From: Candidatus Wolframiiraptor sinensis
GTDB lineage: Archaea; Thermoproteota; Nitrososphaeria_A; Caldarchaeales; Wolframiiraptoraceae
DNA: 15,752 nt
Reading direction: 5' to 3'
Assembly: GCA_023261815.1 (NCBI GenBank)
Contig: JALNKA010000021.1
Location: forward strand, 1-15,752
Position numbers and translations under genes: made by a program. The notes beneath the pieces were generated by a model. The model was not told the DNA's origin, made no database searches, and saw nothing but the letters and a program-made list of their open reading frames with translations. Below, piece by piece: positions 1 through 7,170 of the stretch (position 1 is its first letter; every line of letters starts with the position of its first letter).

Positions 1-41
1 CTGTGGAGCCGGATGCCTGGGTTCGAATCCCAGCCGCGGCC
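1..41 (+). tRNA. tRNA-His(GUG), 3' half (5' half lies outside the window)
   Basis: Anticodon loop CT-GTG-GA (1-7), anticodon stem 3' strand GCCGG (8-12), short variable loop ATGC, T arm CTGGG-TTCGAAT-CCCAG (17-33), acceptor strand CCGCGGC (34-40), discriminator C41 (C73 is typical of prokaryotic tRNA-His). CCA is not encoded directly after it. Confidence 0.92.
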
Positions 42-113
42 CTCCATCAACGATTTATAAGGATCATGAGTGGCTTTGCCTCAACGTTAAGGAGCGCATT
101 GCTGAAGTTGTTT

Positions 114-1341
114 TTACTGGGTTAGTTTTCTTCTGGAAAGCTCCTCCTCCATTCTCTGTATCACCTCTTCTATGGCCTGCCTTTGCTTATCGTTTAATTC
201 GAGCTCCATGGCCTCCGTCGTCTCTCTAGTGCTTTTCAATTGATCTAGGAGGTTCTCAAGTATTCTTCTATCCATCTTCTCAAGGTCTTCTCTAGCTAAT
301 GGTCTTTTGTTGATCTCGGAGCTGTATAAGCATTGGTAATCTGAAATTATCGCCACATTTCCTTCTTTATCAACCGTTATTATGCCGCCGGTTTCTGGAA
401 TATGTTCTCCGGGCTTAGCTTCCCACTCACCTCCATCCAACTTTCTCGCGAGGCGATAAATGGTGCTTGAAAAGATCGCCATCTCGGGTAGCTTCTCCGA
501 CTTCCCCAGAGGGGGCAGCTCAGTCTTCTTGAAGAGCCTGCGTCCAAACATTAACCCCAGTATCCCCGCAACCAAGGCTGAAGCTCCTCCAAAAACTCCA
601 AGCAGCAAATAATCCACGTATTTTTTCAACTTCCTTGACCGGAGTCGTCATGGTCTCCGTGACTTTCTCCGTCACCGTAAAGGGGTGATGCGATATCTCT
701 GTGAGGGTCTCGGTTCTCGCGGTCTCCAAGATCATGATCGTAGTTTCTCCCCTCGTCACAGTCTCGGTTATGGAGCCCATCTCTGGATGCTCCGGGCACT
801 TTCCGGGAACGGTCGCCTCCTCGATCTGGGTCGTCGTGATCGTTTCAGTCACAACAACCGTGGTCGCAACGCTCTCGGTCTCGGCTGCTGGCGCTATCTC
901 CAAGTCAAACGCCACGTAATTGTTCTCCAAATCCGGGTCATCATATTTGGAAAGCGGATCTATTATCCACGCGAAGAGGTGCTTCCCGGCAACCGCAGCC
1001 CAATCCACCTCTATGGTTAAAACTTGAGCGGGATCCCCTTCGAATGTAAGGATATATGCGCCCTTTTGAACACCATCTATTTTCAGCGCCACCTCGACCG
1101 TTTGAGGTAGCGGCTCTATTATCGCAGCTATACCTACGGAGACTTGGAGCCTCGATCTCTCGCCTGCAAGTGGCATCGGCGGAATAACCTCGTAATTCAC
1201 TATGGCCCAGTCGGTATGTAGTCTCTCCTCTAATTCTTGAGAAAATGCTGAGTATGATGCATTAATGAGGGCATAGCTTAGGAGGATGCAGGGTATCAGG
1301 GAGAGCACGGTGCGGACATGCTCGCGGGAAAAATCTTCCAC
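114..1341 (-). pseudogene. Cell-surface protein (signal peptide, CARDB/Ig-like domain, Thr-rich linker, TM anchor, cytoplasmic tail), split by a 1-nt frameshift into ORFs 520..1341 and 114..629
   Basis: The upstream ORF has an N-terminal hydrophobic stretch, a CARDB-like motif (W...AGKH.F...IDP...Y.D.D.ENN) and a Thr-rich linker. The downstream ORF begins with a TM helix (YLLLGVFGGASALVAGILGLMFG-RR). Removing one A from the minus-strand A6 run (T6 at 621-626) gives ...VKEVEK-YVDYLLLG... and one 408-aa ORF. SD-like AGAAGGGA precedes the GTG. Confidence 0.72.
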
Positions 1342-1348
1342 TCCCTTC

Positions 1349-1609
1349 TCATCTCAACGCATATCTGTAATGACCATAGTTAAGCGTTTCTCCACATCTC
1401 GTGCCGCAAAATGCGCGCTCACCCATCAGAGGCCCATTGAGCCACATTAGACCAAAACTTTCCATTGCGCTATTATGCGAATTCACAGCGCTCGATAAGT
1501 TAGCGCCCGGATTATTCTTCACGAATATGTGGATGAGCTCATAGATCTCGGTGTAGTTTGGCGAACTGCCATAGTATTCCTCGAAATTTTCCAAACGCAT
1601 ATATATCAT
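1349..1609 (-). CDS. Hypothetical protein or 3' remnant of a truncated gene (alternative ATG at 1600)
   Basis: 86-aa ORF ending 7 nt before the start of the surface-protein gene. No recognisable motif. Its 5' end collides with the divergent promoter of the glycosyltransferase operon. Confidence 0.35.
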   Translation of the reverse strand: MIYMRLENFEEYYGSSPNYTEIYELIHIFVKNNPGANLSSAVNSHNSAMESFGLMWLNGPLMGERAFCGTRCGETLNYGHYRYALR

Positions 1610-1623
1610 GATGATTCATGATA
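1599..1623 (+). promoter_or_regulatory. TATA-like box plus 8-4-8 inverted repeat (candidate operator) of the gpgS-like operon
   Basis: ATATATAT at 1599-1606 lies 26-33 nt upstream of ATG 1632. TATCATGA-tgat-TCATGATA at 1604-1623 is a perfect inverted repeat. Confidence 0.55.
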
Positions 1624-1631
1624 ATTCTGGA

Positions 1632-2375
1632 ATGAGTATCTCGGTGATATTCCCCACGAAGAATAGGGCTCATTACGTTAAGCGCGCTGTCAGGACCGCA
1701 TTTAAAGCTCATCGCGTGGAAGAGGTGATAGTTATTGACGGCGGCAGTATGGATGATACTATTAGAATCGCTGAACGTGAGGGCGCTAAAGTTATTGTGC
1801 AAAGTGACTTGATTTATCCTGGCAAAGGCATTGCCATGAGAGATGGAGCATATCTAGCATCATGCGACATCCTCGTATATCTTGACATCGATATAAGGAA
1901 TGTGACGCCTGAGTTCATCGAGAAACTTGCTGAACCTATAATTTCAGGGCAGGCAGAATTCGTGAAAGGGTGCTTTGAGAGGGCGGCTGGCAGGGTGACC
2001 GAGCTCGTCGCGAAGCCGCTCCTAAGAATGTTTTACCCGGAGCTAGCCAAGTTCAGGCAACCTCTCAGCGGCGAGATCGCCGGTCTCAGAAAGCTTTTCT
2101 ACAAGGTGGAGTTTGAGCGCGGCTGGGGGGTTGATGTTGGCCTACTGATAGATTTTTACAAGCTCGGGGCCAGGATCGTGGAGCGGGACATAGGCTATAA
2201 GGATCACGACATGAAGCCTCTTCACGCCTTGACCGACATGGCCTACGAGGTCGCGGCCGCTATCCTGAGAAGAGCAATAAGAGATCAGAAGGTGGATCCG
2301 AGGTGGGCCGAGAAGTATATGAGCGGTGTTAGGGCAATGGACTTAGGGCTCGAGTCGGAGAGGGGATTCGTGTGA
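1632..2375 (+). CDS. gpgS: Glucosyl-3-phosphoglycerate synthase-like glycosyltransferase (GT-A fold, GpgS/actinobacterial-type MpgS family)
   Basis: Motifs SVIFPTKN, VIDGGSMDDT, PGKG.AM, DxD (LDID), FVKG, GRVTELVAKPLL..FYPEL...QPLSGE, GWGVDVGLLID, and H..KPL.AL..MA match the GpgS family. Start placed at ATG 1632 (MSISVIF) from promoter spacing; the ORF track starts at 1608. Donor sugar cannot be read from sequence. Confidence 0.8.
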   Translation: MSISVIFPTKNRAHYVKRAVRTAFKAHRVEEVIVIDGGSMDDTIRIAEREGAKVIVQSDLIYPGKGIAMRDGAYLASCDILVYLDIDIRNVTPEFIEKLAEPIISGQAEFVKGCFERAAGRVTELVAKPLLRMFYPELAKFRQPLSGEIAGLRKLFYKVEFERGWGVDVGLLIDFYKLGARIVERDIGYKDHDMKPLHALTDMAYEVAAAILRRAIRDQKVDPRWAEKYMSGVRAMDLGLESERGFV

Positions 2376-3034
2376 GGGTTCTGCTCATCGGCGGAGGGCA
2401 CTCAGCCTACTTCGCTGCGAGAGCCATTAGGGAAATCGATCCTGATGGTCATCTGATAATTATCGAGTTCACGAGGGAGAAAGTAGAGATGCTTTCGCGA
2501 ACGTTTCCATCAGCAGAAGTTTTATTTCAAGAGATTGATCGAGTTGAAGACTATATCAAGGAGAATAGCGAGCTACTCGACGCTGTTATAGCCGCGACCG
2601 AGAGCGATTCTCTAAACCTTAGGTACTGTCGAGTTGCGAGAGAGAATGCGGTCCCGATAACGGTAAGCATACTAAACAATCCACTGAATTACGAGATCTT
2701 CAAAAAGGAGAAGATAAATTACATTATAGACCCTTACCGCGTGATAACAATTCAGCTCTTCGAGATTCTGGGTGCTCCCGTGAATGTGGTATTCTCATCG
2801 CTTGTAAACAACTTGGAGATAGCATCGGTTAGAATACTAAACGAAAAGCTTCTCCATGAGTTAAGAAGCGCATTAGATAAGCATGATGATGTCATCGCGG
2901 CATTCGTCTCTAGAACCGGTGAAATTAGTTCGTCACCTAGCAGTGTGAGTCTCGGCGGGAGCGCATACATTATGGGCCCTCGCGAGAAGATTGAAAAGCT
3001 ACTACAGCTGTCTAGAAATGTGGTGATGCGGTGA
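2372..3034 (+). CDS. Stand-alone TrkA/KTN (RCK) domain protein
   Basis: Rossmann-like start RVLLIGGGHSA (degenerate GxGxxG), IIIE, DAVIAATESDSLNL, and INYIIDP are typical of RCK_N. Degenerate RCK_C-like end (GGSAYIMGPREKIEKL). GTG overlaps the upstream stop (GTGA). Confidence 0.8.
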   Translation: MRVLLIGGGHSAYFAARAIREIDPDGHLIIIEFTREKVEMLSRTFPSAEVLFQEIDRVEDYIKENSELLDAVIAATESDSLNLRYCRVARENAVPITVSILNNPLNYEIFKKEKINYIIDPYRVITIQLFEILGAPVNVVFSSLVNNLEIASVRILNEKLLHELRSALDKHDDVIAAFVSRTGEISSSPSSVSLGGSAYIMGPREKIEKLLQLSRNVVMR

Positions 3035-3780
3035 GCATGTCAATGGAGCCAGAGACGTTGAATTTGATTTTGAGAATAATCTCAGCGGTGATAGTCCTGG
3101 TCATAACGTATTTCCTCAGCAAGCATGCTAGGCTGAGCTTTGAGAAGAGTTTATCGAGGTTTGGCACCGGCTTCGCAAGTAAATTCGCTGAAATCGCCCG
3201 ATACTTTATAATATTCATGGGCGCGGTTATAGCTATTAGCATTCTCAGCCTCGATGTAATGGCGATATCCATAATCGGCGCCGTGATATTCATTCTCGTG
3301 CTCGTGAGCATGAGGGATATTTTCCTGAACATGGCCGCGGAATTGTATCTCGCAATCAGGAGACCATTTAAGGAGAATGACTGGATAAGGGTTGGGGATG
3401 TAGAGGGCGTGGTCAAGTCCATAGGTGGAATAGATACAGAGCTCATAACATATGATGGAGATCTCGTTATAATTCCAAATTCATTCTTCTTGAGACATCC
3501 GGTCATCAATAAGTCCCAGTCAATCGCGAGGCGCATAGAGTTCAAGCTGATGATGCCGAGAATGGATCTCGATAGAGTTAAGGAGACCGTACAGGAGGTC
3601 ATGAAGGAGATTAAGCCGGAGCTTCTCGGCGACCCGGAGCTTATCTCAATAAAAGAAACAGGAGACAAGGTTGAGGTAATAATGAGCCTGCCGATAGTGA
3701 ACCTCAGGAAGCTTAGGTGGCTTTCCGCGAAAATCGTTAAGGCATATCACGCGAGAGGGATAGATGTTGAGATCGAGTAA
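3031..3780 (+). CDS. mscS: Small-conductance mechanosensitive channel (MscS family)
   Basis: Three N-terminal hydrophobic helices, then RDIFLNMAAELYL..RRPFKENDWIRVGDVEGVVKSIG...T.L.T.DG.LVIIPNS, the MscS beta-domain signature. GTGA overlap with the upstream gene and GGTGA SD-like motif. Confidence 0.9.
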   Translation: MSMSMEPETLNLILRIISAVIVLVITYFLSKHARLSFEKSLSRFGTGFASKFAEIARYFIIFMGAVIAISILSLDVMAISIIGAVIFILVLVSMRDIFLNMAAELYLAIRRPFKENDWIRVGDVEGVVKSIGGIDTELITYDGDLVIIPNSFFLRHPVINKSQSIARRIEFKLMMPRMDLDRVKETVQEVMKEIKPELLGDPELISIKETGDKVEVIMSLPIVNLRKLRWLSAKIVKAYHARGIDVEIE

Positions 3781-4456
3781 GATCTTAGCAGTCGACCTTG
3801 ATGGAACTCTAACTCGAGGTGGGGAGGACGAAGTGAAGCCGTGGATAAGGAAGGCATTGACATCTTTAAGGGAGATGGGGTGGAAGCTGATCCTTGCAAC
3901 CGGCAGGGATAGGAGATACATCATGAGGAGGTGGGATTTGAAGAATCTCTTTGACGCGTGGGTTCTGGAGGCCGGTCTCGCAGTATATATTCCGGAAACC
4001 GGGGAATACCGATGCTTTGCAGATGAGACCTGGAGAAGCATGATCAAGAAACTCGCACGCCTACCATTTATAGAGGAGAAAGAGAATACTATCTCATTTA
4101 ATGAAAAGCATCTCAAGACGGTTAGGCGCGAGGTCGAGATCATGGGACTGAAAGTGGTATTCAAGAATAATAGGGGTGTAATCATAATTCTCCCGCCCGG
4201 CGTGGATAAGGGTTTTGGCCTAAAGGAGGCGCTTAAGCTCCTCGACGTCCAAGGATTCGTGGCGGCGATCGGAGACTCTGAGATTGATCAAGAGCTACTC
4301 GAAGTGGCGGACTTCAGGGCGGCGGTAGCGGATGGCGATCCAGAGGTCAAGAGGATTGCTGATTACGTTGCGAAGAAGAAGGATGGCGAGGGCGTCATGG
4401 AAGTGATCGATTTGCTTCTATCCCTTGAGCTTCCCCTCTTCTTTCGGCTTTTCTAA
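3764..4456 (+). CDS. HAD-superfamily subclass IIB phosphatase (Cof/archaeal phosphoglycolate phosphatase/SPP-like); candidate sugar-phosphoglycerate phosphatase
   Basis: Motif I DLDGTL, motif II ATGR, motif III GVDKG, motif IV GDSEID. Overlaps mscS by 17 nt and the convergent RPA gene by 39 nt. Confidence 0.85.
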   Translation: MLRSSKILAVDLDGTLTRGGEDEVKPWIRKALTSLREMGWKLILATGRDRRYIMRRWDLKNLFDAWVLEAGLAVYIPETGEYRCFADETWRSMIKKLARLPFIEEKENTISFNEKHLKTVRREVEIMGLKVVFKNNRGVIIILPPGVDKGFGLKEALKLLDVQGFVAAIGDSEIDQELLEVADFRAAVADGDPEVKRIADYVAKKKDGEGVMEVIDLLLSLELPLFFRLF

Positions 4457-5887
4457 AACCTCTATTATCGAGTCTTCATCGAGCTGGATCTCGGGCTCGT
4501 TGAAGATATTGGTTCTTATGCTCACCCATTTCAGCCTGATTTTTGTTCCCTCCTCTATTGCCGCGATTTCCATGGCCTTGCCTCTCCATGCTGATCCCTG
4601 CACAGCGGCGTCCCCGTCCTTCAGCCAGAACCCGACCTTCTCGACCTCGCCGAACCTCGTCCTCACCTTGAATGGCTGAGTCTTCGTATAGAGTATGCCC
4701 TCGACTATCACGTCGAGAAGCTCCGCATCCCGCTTAGACAGGATGTCCGAGAGCTTGATGAGCCTGTTTGGCGGCTCGATGGGCTGAGCGGGCTCGATCC
4801 TCTGGACGCCTGCCTCGCCGCATAACAGCCTTATCCTGCCCCGCCTAATCTCCTTCACAGCATCCTTGATTAGCAGGTGGTCGCCGGGTTTGACCCCCGG
4901 CGGGCAAGGCTGCACCCTGATTACATCCCTGCCGTCTGTCGCGATCGTGATGACGCCGGCTCTCCTCTCGACAACGTCCAGAACTCTTAGGATGAGCTCG
5001 TGAACTCTCCTCTCCTCGATGATCCTGAGGGTCTCCTCTGATGGACTCTCCCTGATGGCGAGGATGCTTCTGGGCGTTAGCGCGGCGCGGCCCCCCTCAA
5101 GCCTTACATCGGTCAAGTATATGCGCTCGCCGACCTTGATGTCTCTGAACTCGGTAACCCTATCCCTCCAGATCGTCAGCCTGGTTTCGCCCGATTCTCC
5201 GATGAGCCTAATCTCCCGGATGCTCGCCTCTCCATATCTCGTGCTCACCTGCCTCTCCTCGCCGACGTCCAAGACTATGGCCCTCACATCGTATACGCCG
5301 TCCCCAGCCTCTAGGGCTTCTCCGAGATCGAGATAGAAGCTTCTCGGGTCGCGTGCGCCCTCGCTTAGCTTCGCGACCGCTCCCCCGGAGCCGACGTGGA
5401 GCTCCGGCTTGCCGGTCTCAACTCTCTCCCTCGTATAGCCGTGGAGCACCGCTATTTGATCTCCGAGCCTGAGGCCGAGAGCATCAACCTCATCAACCTT
5501 ATCATCCCAGATTATCAGGTTCACGGAGCCAGTCTCATCGCCCATTTTGAGCCTGAGAAGCTTATGGCCTCCCGCCTCCACCGGGCCTGATAAAGCATAT
5601 ACTATTCCCCGAACTGAGACATCGCGGAGGCCGGGGACGAGGCTCCCGATCCTCGCATAGGACTTTATCTCGCCGACGTCTTCTCCCTCCCTGAATGCGC
5701 CGAGCTCCTCCGCGACCAGCAGCAGCGCCCCGACCCTGTTCAGGAGCCTAGACTCCCTCAGCTTAGCCTCGACCATCGCCTCAAGCTCCTCTCTACTCAG
5801 CTCCGGGAATCTCGCCAGAACCCTCTCGAGAAGCCTCGAGTACTCCCTGAGATCCTCGCTCAACGCCTTAACGCTTCCTCCAAGCAA
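4418..5887 (-). CDS. rpa: Replication protein A-like ssDNA-binding protein with multiple OB folds
   Basis: N-terminal helical domain (GALLLVAEELG), followed by repeated OB-fold signatures: GDETGSVNLIIWDD...GYTR....ELHVG, RLIGESGETRLTIWRD, and RTRFGE.....LKDGDAAVQGSAWR. No C-terminal Zn finger seen. The true start may be TTG 5863. Confidence 0.82.
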   Translation of the reverse strand: MLGGSVKALSEDLREYSRLLERVLARFPELSREELEAMVEAKLRESRLLNRVGALLLVAEELGAFREGEDVGEIKSYARIGSLVPGLRDVSVRGIVYALSGPVEAGGHKLLRLKMGDETGSVNLIIWDDKVDEVDALGLRLGDQIAVLHGYTRERVETGKPELHVGSGGAVAKLSEGARDPRSFYLDLGEALEAGDGVYDVRAIVLDVGEERQVSTRYGEASIREIRLIGESGETRLTIWRDRVTEFRDIKVGERIYLTDVRLEGGRAALTPRSILAIRESPSEETLRIIEERRVHELILRVLDVVERRAGVITIATDGRDVIRVQPCPPGVKPGDHLLIKDAVKEIRRGRIRLLCGEAGVQRIEPAQPIEPPNRLIKLSDILSKRDAELLDVIVEGILYTKTQPFKVRTRFGEVEKVGFWLKDGDAAVQGSAWRGKAMEIAAIEEGTKIRLKWVSIRTNIFNEPEIQLDEDSIIEVLEKPKEEGKLKG

Positions 5888-5905
5888 TATATCGGCCAGA
5901 CCTTA

Positions 5906-6439
5906 TTAAGATCTCTCCCAGGTCCTCTCGCCGAAGCCCTCCCTCAGGTTAACGTATCTCGCTAGGAGGAATAAGGCTTTAGAGAGCTTATTCATGTAGG
6001 ATATCATCGCTAAATCGACGTCGAACCTCCTAGATAGGCTGACGAGGATTCTCTCGCATCTTCTCGCGAAGGCCCTGGCCATGTGGAGGAGCGCTCCGGC
6101 TGGGGAGCCCTCAGGGTAAATGAAGCGGGTCAGCGCTGGAACCCTGCCCTCATACTCCCGTATAAGGTTGCTTAGGTAGCTTAGATGCTCCTCGCCAATT
6201 CTCGGAACATCGATCTCGGCTCCGAGGCTCGAGATCTGGGATCCCATTATGAAGAGGTGCTCCTGGATCTTCGTGAGTATCATCGCCGCCTCCTCATCTC
6301 TCAGGAAAGACTTGGCGACTCCGAGCAGGCATGAGAGTTCATCGATCGCGCCGCACGCCTCGACCCTTTCATCATCCTTATAGACCATCTGGCCGGATAA
6401 TAGGAAGGTCTCGTAATCCTTCTTTTTTCCAGCAGACAT
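5906..6439 (-). CDS. pduO: PduO-type ATP:cob(I)alamin adenosyltransferase homologue (divergent motifs)
   Basis: KDDERVEACGAIDELS, IQEHLF..G, LTRFIYPEGS...A.LH.AR..ARRCER, and YMNKLSKALF.LAR..N follow the PduO/MMAB pattern. Confidence 0.82.
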   Translation of the reverse strand: MSAGKKKDYETFLLSGQMVYKDDERVEACGAIDELSCLLGVAKSFLRDEEAAMILTKIQEHLFIMGSQISSLGAEIDVPRIGEEHLSYLSNLIREYEGRVPALTRFIYPEGSPAGALLHMARAFARRCERILVSLSRRFDVDLAMISYMNKLSKALFLLARYVNLREGFGERTWERS

Positions 6440-6474
6440 TCTCCAGGGACTCCATGGGGGGCGCCGGGATATAG

Positions 6475-6612
6475 CTACTCCCTCATGACGATCTCGGGCT
6501 TGAATCTAGCCCAGAGGGCCTCTGAGTGCCTCGAGAAGACGTGCTCTGCGTGCTCCATATAGCTCTCGAAAAGCTCTCCGCAGATCCTGCATCGGAGAAG
6601 ATACCTGGCCAT
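6475..6612 (-). CDS. Small C2H2 zinc-finger protein, 45 aa (not in the ORF track)
   Basis: Manual translation: MARYLLRCRICGELFESYMEHAEHVFSRHSEALWARFKPEIVMRE*. This contains C-x2-C-x3-F-x8-H-x4-H. A TATA-like TTTTATTT lies on the minus strand at 6633-6640, 21-28 nt upstream of the ATG. Confidence 0.8.
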   Translation of the reverse strand: MARYLLRCRICGELFESYMEHAEHVFSRHSEALWARFKPEIVMRE

Positions 6613-6663
6613 AGCGGGGAATGTGGATCGCGAAATAAAAGGGATTATATGGGGGTGGATCGT

Positions 6664-7050
6664 TTAGGCCCTCTTTGCTGCCTTCTCCAGCGTCAGCCCC
6701 CTCAGCACGAGCTGCTTCTCGATTCTCGTGGGCTTGAAGGCCGCGCTCAAGTACTCTTCAATGCGCTGGACATCGAACTCCTTGCAGGAGTAAACGTCTA
6801 TCGAGGCATACCCGGTCCTGATATCCGTGTGTATGGAGACATGGCTCTCCGCTACGATGACGAAGCCGGAGTAGCCCTCGCCGCTTAAGCTCCCCTCCTC
6901 GCCGACGTAGTGGACGAGTATGGGGCCGACGATTATCCGGAGGCCCATTATATCCGAGAGATCCCTGAGAGCTTTCTCCAGCAGCCTCCTATCATCCAAG
7001 CTCTTCACATCGCAGCCGTAGAGGTCTATCAGGAGATGGCACCACGCCAT
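6664..7050 (-). CDS. speD: Pyruvoyl-dependent decarboxylase proenzyme, S-adenosylmethionine decarboxylase (SpeD/SpeH) family
   Basis: HLLIDLYGC near the start, GYSGFVIVAESHVSIHT (E|S self-cleavage site), GYASIDVYSC, and C-terminal LRG. Start placed at ATG 7050; the ORF track extends to GTG 7098. Confidence 0.82.
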   Translation of the reverse strand: MAWCHLLIDLYGCDVKSLDDRRLLEKALRDLSDIMGLRIIVGPILVHYVGEEGSLSGEGYSGFVIVAESHVSIHTDIRTGYASIDVYSCKEFDVQRIEEYLSAAFKPTRIEKQLVLRGLTLEKAAKRA

Positions 7051-7170
7051 TTCTTTCAACGCAAAGCGATAAACCTCGAATATTAACTTATGCGGCACCC
7101 GCCTCTCGCGAGAGCCCCTCGATTCTCGAGATTTCAGGAGGTGAAGCCCGGATTTTCGGGATTCCTGGCC

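Noticed and set aside
640-880. Recurrent TET/VT motifs in the surface-protein linker, considered as a repeat array or CRISPR
   Set aside because: This is a low-complexity Thr-rich coding linker with no fixed-length nucleotide repeats or spacers. No CRISPR array was seen anywhere in the window.
7103-7168. 12-bp palindrome CTCTCGCGAGAG (7103-7114) and a GC-rich hairpin at about 7135-7168; considered as K-turn, C/D sRNA or terminator
   Set aside because: No proper C and D boxes, the K-turn geometry does not fit, and there is no U-tract. Insufficient support.
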